Below, in pieces: positions 50,372 to 62,389 of a stretch of 64,000 nt of DNA. Position 1 is the stretch's first letter, and each line of letters starts with the position of its first letter. Both the position numbers and the translations under genes were made by a program. Source of the stretch: Podarcis bocagei (lineage: Eukaryota); the NCBI GenBank assembly GCA_964188305.1, contig OZ076890.1. The stretch is one strand, 5' to 3'. Below the pieces are notes generated by a model, which was not told where the DNA came from, did not search any database, and saw only the letters and a program-made list of their open reading frames with translations.

Positions 50372-50612
50372 CAGTGGTACCTCGGTTTAAGAACAGTCCG
50401 GTTTAAGAACGATTCGGTTTACAAACTCCACAAAACCGGAAATCGTGTCCCGGTTTGAGAACTTTACCTCAGTCTGAGAACGGAATACGAACGGTGGAAG
50501 GGCACCGGAGGCGGGAGGCCTCATTAGGGAAAGTGTGCTTCAGTTTAAGAATGGTTTTGGTTTAAGAACGTACTTCCGGAATGGTTTAAGTTCATAAACC
50601 GAGGTACCACTG
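50372..50612. mobile_element. Tigger-like MITE (related)
   Basis: TA|cagtggtacctcggttta...taaaccgaggtaccactg|TA. Confidence 0.85.
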
Positions 50613-50777
50613 TATTTCCCAGCTGTGAATCCTACTAAGTGGAGATGCTGGCGATTGAACGTGAGACACACACATACCTTGATGTACTCTATCATAGAAC
50701 TACAATCCCTTTTCCTATTTGGTGGTTGATAATCTCCTTTACTTTCCCCCAACCTTGCTATAATGGCTGCATAGGTA

Positions 50778-51231
50778 CCGTATTTTTCGCCCTATAGGAC
50801 GCACCATCCCATAAGACGCACCTAGTTTTTTGGGGGGGAAATAAAGGGGAAAAAATTATTTTCCCCCCAGGCGCGGGGCTGGGGCAGCCCGAGCTTCCCC
50901 CGACCCCAGCCCCCAAACAGGCAGCTCTCTGCAAGCCGTGAGAGCCCAGCGGTGGCTCCCGCTGCTTGAGGAGAGATCCGCGAAGCCTGGATGCGCTGAG
51001 ATCAGCGCGCGCAGGCTTCGGGATGCCAGCAACTCTCCCCAAGCAGCGGGAGCGTTCCCGCTGCTTGAGGAGAGGTCCACGAAGCCTGGAGAGCGAGAGG
51101 GGTCGGTGCGCACCTACCGCTCTCGCTCTCCAGGCTTCAGCGAAAGCCTGCATTCGCCCCATAGGACCCACCCACATTTCCCCTTCATTTTTGGAGGGGG
51201 AAAAGTGCGTCTTATAGGGCGAAAAATACGG
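50778..51231 (-). mobile_element. MITE family B
   Basis: TA|ccgtatttttcgcc...ggcgaaaaatacgg|TA. Interior carries a duplicated ccgctgcttgaggagag unit. Confidence 0.9.
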
Positions 51232-53146
51232 TATTTTTAGTTTCTCTTTCATATGTCCTGTGTGAGAGGGTGTTGAATACACATGCGGTATCCCCACAGA
51301 CTGGAAATATTTCCTGCTCCCATTGCCCATGTGTGCATTGACCGGTGATGTCCTTCTCGTTGGGAGACTTTACAGCACTGCGAGGAATAGAACTCAAGGC
51401 TTTTAAGACCCTTAAACCATTTCTCCTGATTCCCATTACTTTGCTCCAAGTAATCATGGGGCACGCTAGATTCCCATAAAGCACCAGGAGAGACACAGTT
51501 CAAATATTGCATGAACACTTCAATAAATCCAGCACCATTTAGAATTATATCAAAGAACAGCCATTCTACCCACTGTTCCATGACAGGAATAATAAATCAC
51601 TAGCTATTAAGAAAAGATTTTGAAACTTTGACTTCCATCATTTATCTTTCCAGCTGTTCATTTAAAAACGTGGAATAAATTCAGTACAGTGAGTGGATCC
51701 CTATTTTACAACAACACATGCCTTACTTTCAATGCAAGCCAATTGCTTGAGGTCAGAGCATCTCTAAGTCTCCTGATCCTGTACAATGGGATTAGTGTTG
51801 GGCCACAGGGTTTGTGTGGGCTCTTCTGCTAGACTATGCCTTCTCCAGCATGAATCCCCTAGACCACCAGCTGCCACCAGCCTTTACCAAGTTGCACTGA
51901 CAGCATTCTTAACCAGAGGTCAGATCCTGGGGGTGCTGTGGTGCAACTGCCAGGGGCAGAATCAGGAGAAAGAACCACATTAAAGGCATGTGTCCATAAA
52001 TCACCTCCATGTGCCCAAGCGACTTCTGAGTGTTCCTAACCTTAATAATGAGGGAGTGACCCCACCTTCTGTGGGATTACTTTGATGGATCAGACTCATC
52101 CATTCCAGTATTTTGTCTCCAGCCAGCCAGATGCCTTTGGGTACCCAAAAGCAAAGAACGATACTTGTTTACCCCTGACAGCTGGTCTTCAGCGGTTGTG
52201 CTGCCATTTAACAATTACGACCAATAGGCATTGATAAGCCTGTCCTGAAGAACTTCATCTAATCCATTTTTAAAACCCATCTGAGCTGGCAGCCATCACT
52301 TCATCCTTCCCTTAATGAATTCCAAAAATTAATTATGCATTATGTGAAGAAGTACTTGCTATGACTAGAACATAGGAACCATAACTCAATTTCTAAGGCT
52401 GTAGCCGTTCCAAGTGATGGCACTGATCCGCAAGTCACTTTTCATCCCTCCGAAAGTTTTGTATGCATTGAGGAATTAAACCAAAGTGACGATCTCTTTT
52501 ACAAAAAAGGCAGCTCATGACATCTCATGGTCTGATTCCCAACACTGTATGAGCATTGCTCTGATATCTCTGCTATTTGTAGCAATCATGTTAATAAAAC
52601 AGCACACTGGTCATGCATACTGAACTGGAATAAACTCTTGCTGTTGTGCAGGCTGGAACATCTATATCTCATCCATTATGCAAATCTCCAAAGAGCAGCT
52701 AAGCAGCAGTTAAATTAATGCAGTCAATAAGATTAGCCACCCATCTAAGTTAATTTTCACTTCAGCAAAACAAAAGCAGTCGTTCTGTTTTCTCATTTGA
52801 AAGAAATGTTGCTTGTTGCACTTACTTTGATGCGCTCTGCTTCTGCTGTGCTAGATGACCAGGGGGCAGGGGGAATGTTTATACCACCTCAATCCAGCAA
52901 CTCTTGCATTCCATGACCAAAAAAATATGACACCCAAAGCTCAAACACTGGCTGGGATCCTAAGATAATTTCAGCCAGGCTGCAATCCTGCGCACACTTA
53001 TTTGAGAACAAGTCCTACTTAACTCAGTGCACCTTACGTCTGAGTAAACATGTACAGGATTGAACTGAAAGACGTTACTGGCCAGATGTATTCCAGGACA
53101 CACAGTAAAAACATACACAGAGAAACTAAACAGCACTTGGCCAATA

Positions 53147-53892
53147 CAGTGGTGCCTTGATTCCCAAACTTAATCCGTTCCGGAAGTCTGTTCCAAAACC
53201 AAAGCATTCCAAACCCAAGGTATGCTTTCCCATACAAAGTAATGCAAAATGGATTAATCCATTCCAGACTTTTAAAGACAACCCCTAAATCAGCAATTTA
53301 ACATGAATTTTACTAACAAGACCATTGATCCATAAAATGAAAGCAATAATCAATGTACTGTACTATAAAATAAATAAGACAGTATTGTAGACAAAAGAAA
53401 TTATATATTAAAAAAATCTTACGTGCACTGATGATAGTGATTGTTTGGATGGAGGGCTTTTATCTATTTCTGCAGTCACACAATCAAGCAATCAGTAGCT
53501 GAACGGGGTTCCACGCAGTCACAAAAACGAAGTCACAAGCCACAGTCACAAGTCAGTCCCATAAAACAAAGAACAAGTCACAGTAAAAAAAAAAAACACA
53601 ACGAAAAAGCCACACAAACAAAAATGAAAAAAAAAAATAGCAAAATCAAAAGCTCCAAATATCACCTCTGTGATGCGTGGGTGCTCGGAACTCAACAACC
53701 GACACACTCAACAGGAAGCCTCTGATTAGCAGCGGGAGACTCAATTTACAAACGAAACACACTCAACAGGAAGCGGAACATGTTCCGCTTCCAAGTCAAA
53801 GTTCACAAACCGGAACACCTACTTCCGGGTTTGCAGCCTTCTATTTCCAAGTTGTTTATAAAGTAGGCTGTTCTAAAACCAAGGTACCATTG
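53147..53892. mobile_element. Longer Tigger-like non-autonomous DNA transposon (about 750 bp)
   Basis: TA|cagtggtgccttg...ccaaggtaccattg|TA. No transposase ORF. Confidence 0.8.
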
Positions 53893-54069
53893 TAATGAAA
53901 TTACACTGGACCATTTAACGTTAAAAGTATTAGAGACAACATTATAAAGGCAAGCTCATTTCAACACAGGTTTGTCTGAGGTTTCCAATATAAAAATATC
54001 TATTTCAAAAGGCAATAAACTCATGCCAGTTGTGGTACAGTATATCCAACTTTTGATATTATTGCTTAT

Positions 54070-54370
54070 GGTCCCATAGACTGCAAGAAGATCAAACCAT
54101 TCTGAAGGGAATCAGCCCTGAGTGCTCACTGGAAGGACAGATCCTGAAGCTGAGGCTCCAATACTTTGGCCACCTCATGAGAAGACTCCCTGGAAAAGAC
54201 CCTGATGTTGGGAAAGATGGAGGACACAAGGAGAAGGGGACAACAGAGGACGAGATGGTTGGACAGTGTTTGACCAAACTGCGGGAGGCAGTGGAAGACA
54301 GGAGCGCCTGGCGTGTTCTGGTCCATGGGGTCATGAAGAGTTGGGCACGACTAAACGACTAAACAACAAA
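54070..54370 (+). mobile_element. Bov-B (RTE) LINE 3' fragment
   Basis: Highly similar to 62770-63095 with internal deletions. Ends cgactaaacaacaa. Confidence 0.93.
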
Positions 54371-55167
54371 TGTTAATATTCCAACTGCTAGTATCCACAG
54401 AACCACAGAATTGTAGAGTTGGAAGCGACCAGGAGGGTCATCTTCTCAATCTCCAGCAAGGAAGGAATCTTTTGCCCAGTGCATCCCTCTTTCTCTCCCT
54501 TTCTTCCCCTGCTGTACCCTTGCACTAGTCAGTGAAACAATACAGGATAAGGCTTGAAGGCACATGAGGCTACCAACTTGCAAAAGCTGCACAGGTCTGG
54601 TCAGTGCTTTTGATGAGTGAGTGGGGACTGCCTGGGAACCTGTTGTCTTGGGTTCCATGACAGAAGGAAGGTGGAGCATAAATGTAGGATTAACCCCCCA
54701 ACATGCAAAAGAACCTAAATCTCATACCCTGTCATTATTCTAATTTGTAATGAAATGCCGTATCAATACTTTTTGTGGCTAATGGGCAAGTCCATCAAAA
54801 ATGAAACTGCCGACTTCTGAGCAAAACTTTCAGCATCCGAAAGAGCAGTTCCTGTTCATTTTACAGAGCAAACTTAAGCACAGTTGGAGGGAAGAGTAAA
54901 TAAACAGTGGATGTATCAAGTTTCCAAGAAAAGAGGGATGGAGGCAGCACACCCTTTTTTGGGGTGGGGAGGGTAGAATCTGAAAGTTTATGCCTTTATT
55001 TATGCCACCAAATTCTGGCTGGCTTTTACATATTGCCTCTTCACTGCCAAGTTGTAAGAAAACATCTTCATTGTTGGTATTCAAATCATGGGAGACCTCT
55101 ACTAACATTTTATGTTTTAATCACTTCAAACTCAGTTCATAATTAACCCTTTCCACCAAATGCTTTA

Positions 55168-55401
55168 CAGTGGTACCTCGGGTTACAGATGGTTCAGGTT
55201 ACAGATGCTTCAGGTTACAGACTCCGCTAAAGCAGAAATAGTACCTTGGGTTAAGAACTTTGCTTCAGGATGAGAACAGAAATCATGGGGTGGCGGCAGC
55301 GGGAGGCCCCATTAGCTAAAGTGGTGCTTCAGGTTAAGAACAGTTTCAGGTTAAGAACAGACCTACGGAACGAATTAAGTTCTTAACTTGAGGTACCACT
55401 G
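55168..55401 (-). mobile_element. MITE family A
   Basis: TIRs and TA TSD. Confidence 0.92.
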
Positions 55402-55709
55402 TATTCTTAATTGCTTCCTAAGAAAACTACAGAGCAGTTCTCATTGAGGGAGTGAAGTCTCTTGGTAGTGAGATCTCTCATGTTGGGGGGTGCTCTTCTG
55501 CAAAGAGGAAAACTAAAAATCATCTTACAGAGACTCAGTTTGCATCTAATGTTAAGCCAAGCCCATGGCTTAACATGAATGCATGGGCGAGCAGGTTGCT
55601 GGAGAAGAGACGCTGAAGGAGACCCAGAATCCAGAGGGAGCTGCAATAGTCCCGAGGCAGCTTGAAGTGGTCCATCTCATTGACGTCACATCTGAGCCTC
55701 CAGTAGCCC

Positions 55710-55890
55710 NNNNNNNNNNNNNNNNNNNNNNNNNNNNNNNNNNNNNNNNNNNNNNNNNNNNNNNNNNNNNNNNNNNNNNNNNNNNNNNNNNNNNNNNNNN
55801 NNNNNNNNNNNNNNNNNNNNNNNNNNNNNNNNNNNNNNNNNNNNNNNNNNNNNNNNNNNNNNNNNNNNNNNNNNNNNNNNNNNNNNNNNN
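55710..55890. other. Assembly gap (181 N)
   Basis: Run of N. Confidence 1.
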
Positions 55891-56235
55891 TATATCAAAG
55901 CCATTTACAGTAACAAAAATATAAAACCATATAATAAAAAGTGAAAAACGGCATCAATTAGCCATTGTGGAAGGTTGTATTGCATGCATAGATCTGGTTG
56001 AATAGAAAAGTTTTCAGCAGACATTCATTCATTCATTTAGTTATATAAAAGTTGACACAGAAGGCACCTGCTGAATCTCTACTGGCAGAATATTCCACAG
56101 GACTGGGTGGATGACACTAAAGACTTGGTTTGTTCTTGTTCTCAAACAAGCCTTGTCAACTTGGGGAACCATCACCACCATTCCTGTAGAAGATCTCAGT
56201 GATCGAGCCAGGATATAAAAGTTCAGGTGATTCCT
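55891..56235 (-). mobile_element. Old L2-like LINE fragment next to the gap
   Basis: attccacaggactggg...acactaaag is the reverse of an 'AFS..AP.LWN' region, and gccaggatataa is a reverse L2 motif. Confidence 0.5.
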
Positions 56236-56710
56236 GAGGTACCCATGACTCTTTCGCCAAAGACTTCAGAGTGCCTTATGCCCATATGGTTCCCAGGTTG
56301 CTTCCTTTCCAGGCAGCTTGCAGAGCCAGGCCTGCTTAGCTTCACCTGCATCATGTTCCTGCAGACCATTCTCTGAGCTTCCAACCCTGCCCCATCACAC
56401 CTATCTGAACCTGAATGCAAGGAGGACTGATTCTGCTTCTGCAAAGAGGATGGAGGGCGATATAAAAGCCCATCCCCTTATTGTGAAATCCCCTTAAAAT
56501 ATGAACCTTAATAATTATGACCACGTTGTTCACTAGCTCAATCTGGTACCCTCCAGATGTTGTTGGAACCCAACTCCCATCAGCCCAGCCAGCATGTCCA
56601 GTGGCCAGGGATGACTGGAACTGGGAGGTCAACCATCTCTGGAGGGCCCCAGGCCTCGGAAGGCTGGGCTAGGGAATCTTTAGGCACCTTCTTGGCCTCC
56701 TTGTTAAAAA

Positions 56711-57031
56711 GGGACGCGGGTGGTGATGTGGGTTAGACTACAGAGCCTAGGACTTGCCGATCAGCAGGTCAGCAGTTCGAATCCCCTGCTCCTGCCAACC
56801 TAGCAGTTCGAAAGCACATCAAAGTGCAAGTAGATAAATAGGTACCGCTCTGGCGGGAAGGTAAACGGCGTTTCCGTGTACTGCTCTGGTTCGCCAGAAG
56901 CAGCTTAGTCATGCTGGCCACATGACCTGGAAGCTGTACGCCGGCTCCCTCGGCCAGTAAAGCGAGATGAGCGCCGCAACCCCAGAGTCAGCCACAACTG
57001 GACCTAATGGCCAGGGGTCCCTTTACCTTTT
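56711..57031 (+). mobile_element. Sauria-type SINE
   Basis: Homologous to 33182-33520. Flanking duplication GGCCTCCTTGTTA at 56694-56706 and 57033-57045. Confidence 0.9.
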
Positions 57032-57041
57032 AGGCCTCCTT

Positions 57042-57511
57042 GTTATTAGCATCCATCTGTCTTGTGAGACAATGGAGTGCGCCTCTGGGGGTGACATCAA
57101 ACCACTGAAGCCACCTCCCCAGGGCACAAGCCTGGGCATTGTGTATGGAGGTCCTGGGCTGCTCAGGCAACAAGACCGCCCTCTCGCCCTCTCTGATGTG
57201 GTCCAAAGGAAAGCAGAGCTATACGTTTGGCACCAGCCTGGCTGCAGGAGTAGCTGGAAGGAGGCGTGTAAGGCACTATCTGTCTTAGGACTCCACTCTT
57301 GATTTACTCCTTAAGCCAAATATATCTCTGCAGAAATGACCTTCTTGATGGTCGGACCTATTATCGATCTCCTCCGCTCCATCTGCTGGAGACTGTATTC
57401 GCATGCAGGGGAAGTCCCTATCTCACCGAGGGTTTGAGACCCATCGGCTCCCCTCACCTGGTTTAGCCGGCCAGGGAAGGGCTTCCAGGCCCACGTTAAT
57501 TAGACACCAGC
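57042..57511 (-). mobile_element. Short non-autonomous RTE-like element (5'UTR joined to 3' end)
   Basis: On the minus strand it starts with an RTE-5'UTR-like motif (ctggccggctaaaccaggtgagggg...tctcaaaccctcggtgag) and ends with an RTE-3'-like ...gagacagatggatgctaataac. Bounded by GGCCTCCTT repeats. The assignment is from recalled motifs only. Confidence 0.5.
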
Positions 57512-58204
57512 TGGCCTCCTTATTCCACCAATGCAGAGCATCCATCATTTTAATGCCACAATTTCTTCTTGCTGCTGTTCCTGGGTATCTGTATTCATAA
57601 CGAAGTGTGACAAGGCATCCTACGAGCCTCTCTCTTTGCCTCAGCCTGATGTAAACTGTAAAGAATCTGACAAAGAAGGGAGTGTGGATTGATGCTCGGC
57701 ACCAGATCGCACCCTTGGGATTCATATACTTTATCCTTTTTATGTTTCTGTTCACATTTGTGCTCTTGCGCAAAGCCAAGGGGACGGAGTTAAAGATGAC
57801 AGAGACTATCCAAAAGCCGTTACTTTCCTCCTAGCAAACAGAGTGCATGGATGTGACAGTAATCACACAGGGTCCTCCACCGTTACTGGCGACTTCATAA
57901 TAGGGCACACTATAGATTTAGGATAGACGGGAATGTCGCCTCGGGGCTCGCAAAGCTCCTCCACGCAGTTAGATTTCACCGGAAATGTAAGCAGAAAGGA
58001 ATGGCACTAACCCACAGATAAATCTGCAATCTGATTAGATGTAGAAAAAGGAAGGCAGACTTAATAACACTGCCTTACATCCGAATTAGTGACAGGAAAG
58101 CTTCGTCATGCTGTGTCATCTGAATGTTGCGCCCAAACCATTCTCAGGGATGGCAAAGGCAGAAAAATCCAAATGCCCACCTACTGCCCAGTGCTAAACT
58201 TGTA

Positions 58205-58430
58205 CAGTGGTAACTCAGGTTACATACGCTTCAGGTTACAGATTCCGCTAACCCAGAAATAGTACCTTGGGTTAAGAACTTTGCTTCAGGATGAGGACAG
58301 AAATCGTGCTCTGGCGGCGCAGCAGCAGCGGGAGGCCCTATTAGCTAAAGTGGTGCTTCAGGTTAAGAACAGTTTCAGGTGAAGAACGGACCTCCGGAAC
58401 GAATTAAGTACTTAACCCGAGGTACCACTG
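58205..58430 (-). mobile_element. MITE family A
   Basis: TIRs and TA TSD. Confidence 0.92.
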
Positions 58431-60381
58431 TAATAGTGAACTAACAATGCAACCCTATACATGTCCACTCAGAAGCCCCCATTGAGTTACCAACAGGTGA
58501 GTATAGGGTTGCAGCCCAAAGAGCAGGTACTCCAACTATCCAAATTTTCGAGAGTCTCTGTTTTCTGGTACCTGAACCTTGAAAGACATATCCCTATCTT
58601 GCCTGTCACTGTGAATGCCCTTTCATAAGTTTGTCAGTAAGCACAAAGGTGCGCTGGAGTTCTTTAGAGGTTCCAAATTCCTCTCCTTGGCCTCCAGAAA
58701 TTCAGTGTCCATTTGTTTGTGTGTGCACATGCATGCATGATAACTTTATAGCACATGCATGCAAGTGCCGGGTGGTCACAAGACTCACACTGCTTCCTGT
58801 CACGTAACCACCTTTCCAGATAATACGCAAGCATTGCAACACCACTTTTTAAAAAAGCACCGGGAGAGGAATTTAGAGAGAAGTAGCAGTGGAGGAGGGA
58901 TGGGTTCTTAACCCTTTCCCCACCAACCCTCCCAATCTCCCCAACAAATGGCTCCCTGTGGGATTTCAATAGCGCTGGTGCCCTGATGGGGCAAATTCCT
59001 ACAGGGCACCAAATCTCCTATCCGTGGTTAGAAGATTTGTTCAGTGTTCCAACTGCATCAAAAACGAGAAAGAAAACGAGGGATATGAATGGACAGGAAG
59101 GCAAACAGAGGGGGTAATCAACCCTATATTGATTTGAAAGAACCAGTTACATTTTTGGCTATAGGAACCTCCTATTTTAATGCTGTTGGCCTCCGAGTGC
59201 TCTAGCGGTTGCACATGTCTTTGTTCCATCTTGGATCTATCACGGAAACTGCCTTTTCCCTGTTTCCTCTTTCTTGGCATCTTCTGAACTGCTTCAGAAT
59301 TTCCATTTCATAAGGCAAATTTTCTTTGGCACACAAGTCAGCCAGAGAGCCTTAGGCATTTATTTATTTATTTATTTAAAAAAAAACCTCTCCCCCACTT
59401 TTTTTAAAAAAGCACACAGGAGAGAGATGCCTTTGAGCTGCTAGCAACCTGTCCCTGTGCCAATAATATCCAAACTGGTCCCTTCCGCCAACTTTCATGA
59501 CTACATGTAAAACATATGCATTTCCATGGTATGAGACTGCCAAATGGTGTGTGTGTAGCAACCCAAACATAAGGCTCTGTTAAATTACTTGTAGATTACA
59601 TTTTAAAAGCTCCACGGGGTGTTTCACAAAGGCAAAGCTTTCTGACCTGCAATTGTTTCCAATTCTTTGCTGTCCCCCAACCCCCCGGACTTCAGTGCTT
59701 TCTTCAACACATGCCACACAGAAACACGCACAGCCCACAGTGCATCTTGGCTTCCCGCTGTTGGAAACGGCTGGCTACTGTCATGTTTCTGCCACGGGCA
59801 ATCCATAGACACCCAGTAAGCAAAGTTGCCACCAACTCATTTGACAATTCTTCTTTTCACAGCTCTTCCCACAGTCAGGATTTGCGCTTATCTACGTTCC
59901 CTACTTCAGAGCTGTTCCAACATGACTACTCTTCGAACACAAAAGCACAACAGAGTCGCACATCACTGCGGCCGTCCTTGGCACTTCTGGTCTAAAACTA
60001 ATCTGATTCCACCCCCCATTATTACCAGTGGTGTAATGGAGTAGGGATGGGCGGGAACTGAGCGCCACTGTTATTTCACAGCAGGGGCAATGATGTCATC
60101 TCCCAGGACGCTGTTTGCTAATCCGCATGCCAAATTAATAAGCTTTTTATCAGAGAGAAACCTACTGAATGAGCTTAAGCAGAGGAAGAGGAAGGTTATG
60201 CATTAGCGTGCACGGCTAAGGGTTGAACTGCCACTTTTATTCCAACCAAAACGCTGCAAAACAGCAAGCAAGCTCTTGAGTCCACCAGAAGCCTTCATTA
60301 GGCTAGATGATAAACAAAGGGGGGGGGGGGAGAGATGTAAAAAATGTTTCCTTGGTATGGATGCCATTATTGTTGCTACTA

Positions 60382-60442
60382 CAGTGGTACCTCGGGTTAC
60401 AGACGCCAGAACGAATTAAGATCTTAACCCAAGGTACCACTG
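60382..60442 (-). mobile_element. MITE family A, 61-bp internal-deletion derivative
   Basis: Both TIRs and the TA TSD are retained; the body is deleted. Confidence 0.85.
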
Positions 60443-60613
60443 TATTATTATCTTGCCATAGGATTGCCCCCCTCCCTTTAGTAACTGAGCTTCTTTCACA
60501 TTAAGAGCGACACTACTACTCACACCAGGGCTGCTTCCAGGTTTGGAGGGAATTGGACAAAATGCCCTCTACTTGTCCCCCTCCTCCTTTTCGTGGTCCC
60601 CCCTTTGCCAGTA

Positions 60614-60752
60614 CAGTGGTACCTCAGGTTAAGTACTTAATTCGTTCCAGAGGTCCGTTCTTAACCTGAAACTGTTCTTAACCTGAAGCACCACGTTAGT
60701 TAATGGGGCCTCCAGCTGCCGCCGCACCGCCGGAGCACGATTTCTGTTCTCA
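60614..60752 (+). mobile_element. MITE family A, truncated
   Basis: Left TIR plus half of the body. Confidence 0.85.
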
Positions 60753-60849
60753 GGCATTATTGGGGTCACAAACTTTGCCCCAATTTCCTCCTGCTTCCTT
60801 AATCAATCTCTCTCTCTCACACACACTTCTTTGGGTCAAAGTAATTCTA

Positions 60850-60865
60850 TATAATAATAATAATA

Positions 60866-60901
<36 letters not shown>

Positions 60902-60966
60902 TTATTATTTGTACCCCGCCCATCTGGCTGGGTTTCCCCAGCCACTCTGGGCGGCTTCCAACAAAG
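60850..60966 (-). mobile_element. L2-like 3' terminus with (TAA)n tail
   Basis: ccccgcccatctggctgggtttccccagccactctgggcggcttcca preceded by (TAA)n. Confidence 0.8.
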
Positions 60967-62056
60967 ATGAAAAATTCTAGGATCTTCTCCTTTGGCGTTT
61001 CATTTCTGCATGTAGTCTGGAGAACAAGAAGTGTGCAAGGCAAATGCTTGGTCTCGATCTTACCATGTGCTGGAATATGGGCACAGTGGGAAGAGAATGT
61101 CAAAATACCCGCAAATTGTGAATAGGCTTAAATTCAGTTTCTTCAACTTAGGAAAGCAGTGAAGCCCTACAACACACCAGCTTTTCTACGTACTGTACCT
61201 TTCAAACCAGGATTGCACCTACTTTCAATATTTTTGTAAGGCAGACATCATCGCTTGCTATTACGGATTTTCAGCGATATGATACGTTGATTAAAATGGA
61301 AGGGAAGGGAAAATTCATAAAAATATGGGATGCTAGTTGCTAGGTGACAGGTGGAAACTCTCCCACAGCATGAAAAACATTTCTCAAGGTCCATAGCATG
61401 GGATGCCTACTAACATGAAATAAAATGAGAAATATTCTCTAGAATAGAGCCATGATTTAATCTTTTTTATATATATAAAAAAAACCCCACACAAGGTGGC
61501 TCAAGGTGGAGGGTCTGAAATGAGCAATCTTGAATTGAGGATACCTTTAATATAGAAAATGAGTAAGTATTTTTAGTAAGGTATTTGGCTGACCCTGGAG
61601 ACTAAATTCAACAGAAGGCATTGATATTTCATTAAATATCATGCACCACATCAAGAGCTAATAATGAAGTATGTGTTATGAGCAGGAAATACAGTGTTGT
61701 TGGTTCAAATGTTACCTCAGCCACAAGAATGCAGAGATCGCTTGATATAGCACTTTTTGTATTTTAAAAAAGCAACTCTATTCCGCCCTGCTCTAAAAAA
61801 ATAGACTAATATCAAATGATGCAATGGGGCATTCCTCCCATCAAATAATTTTTTTATATAAAACTACTATTACAATTTAGAGTTGTGCTTTTATACAAAA
61901 CAATACCAAAGCAATTTTGCAATGCAAAATTTACCCAATTCATCTACATACTTCTACAGTGCAGCTTCTGACTTAACAGGTTCATGTTTTAGTTTACAAT
62001 CAAATCAGCTCCCCCCCCTAATTATTTATTAAACCTATACAGAGAACTTTATAGTA

Positions 62057-62285
62057 GAATGGTACCTTAGTTCCCAAATTTAATCCGTTCTGGAAGTCCG
62101 TTTTGTTTGCAAAATAAGGCGCAGCTTCTGATTGGCTGATTGGCCCCGGAAACAATGCCGACAGCTGAAACAGACGTTCGGGTTCCAAAAAAAGTTCGCA
62201 AACTTGAACACTTATTTCCGGGTTTGCGATGTTCGGGAACATGATTTGTTCAGAGCCAAGCCATTTGGGAACCAAAGTACCACTG
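62057..62285. mobile_element. Tigger-like MITE (related)
   Basis: Degenerate left TIR gaatggtacctt and right TIR caaagtaccactg|TA. Confidence 0.75.
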
Positions 62286-62389
62286 TATGTCACTAACAAA
62301 GGAGTGCAGTTAAGCACAATTTACAGTAGAATCCTATTCATGTCTATTTAAAAGCTCCAGTGAGTTCAATGTGACTTCTGCTCAAGAAT

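Noticed and set aside
51232-51262. Minus-strand HMKEKLKI resembling KLF12 HMKRKTIK
   Set aside because: No splice donor once the adjacent MITE is removed. Likely a chance match.
57720-57780. Minus-strand NVNRNIKRIK|gtatat as a candidate upstream KLF12 exon (MNIHMKRKTIK)
   Set aside because: Only superficial Lys/Ile similarity, no in-frame ATG and a weak donor.
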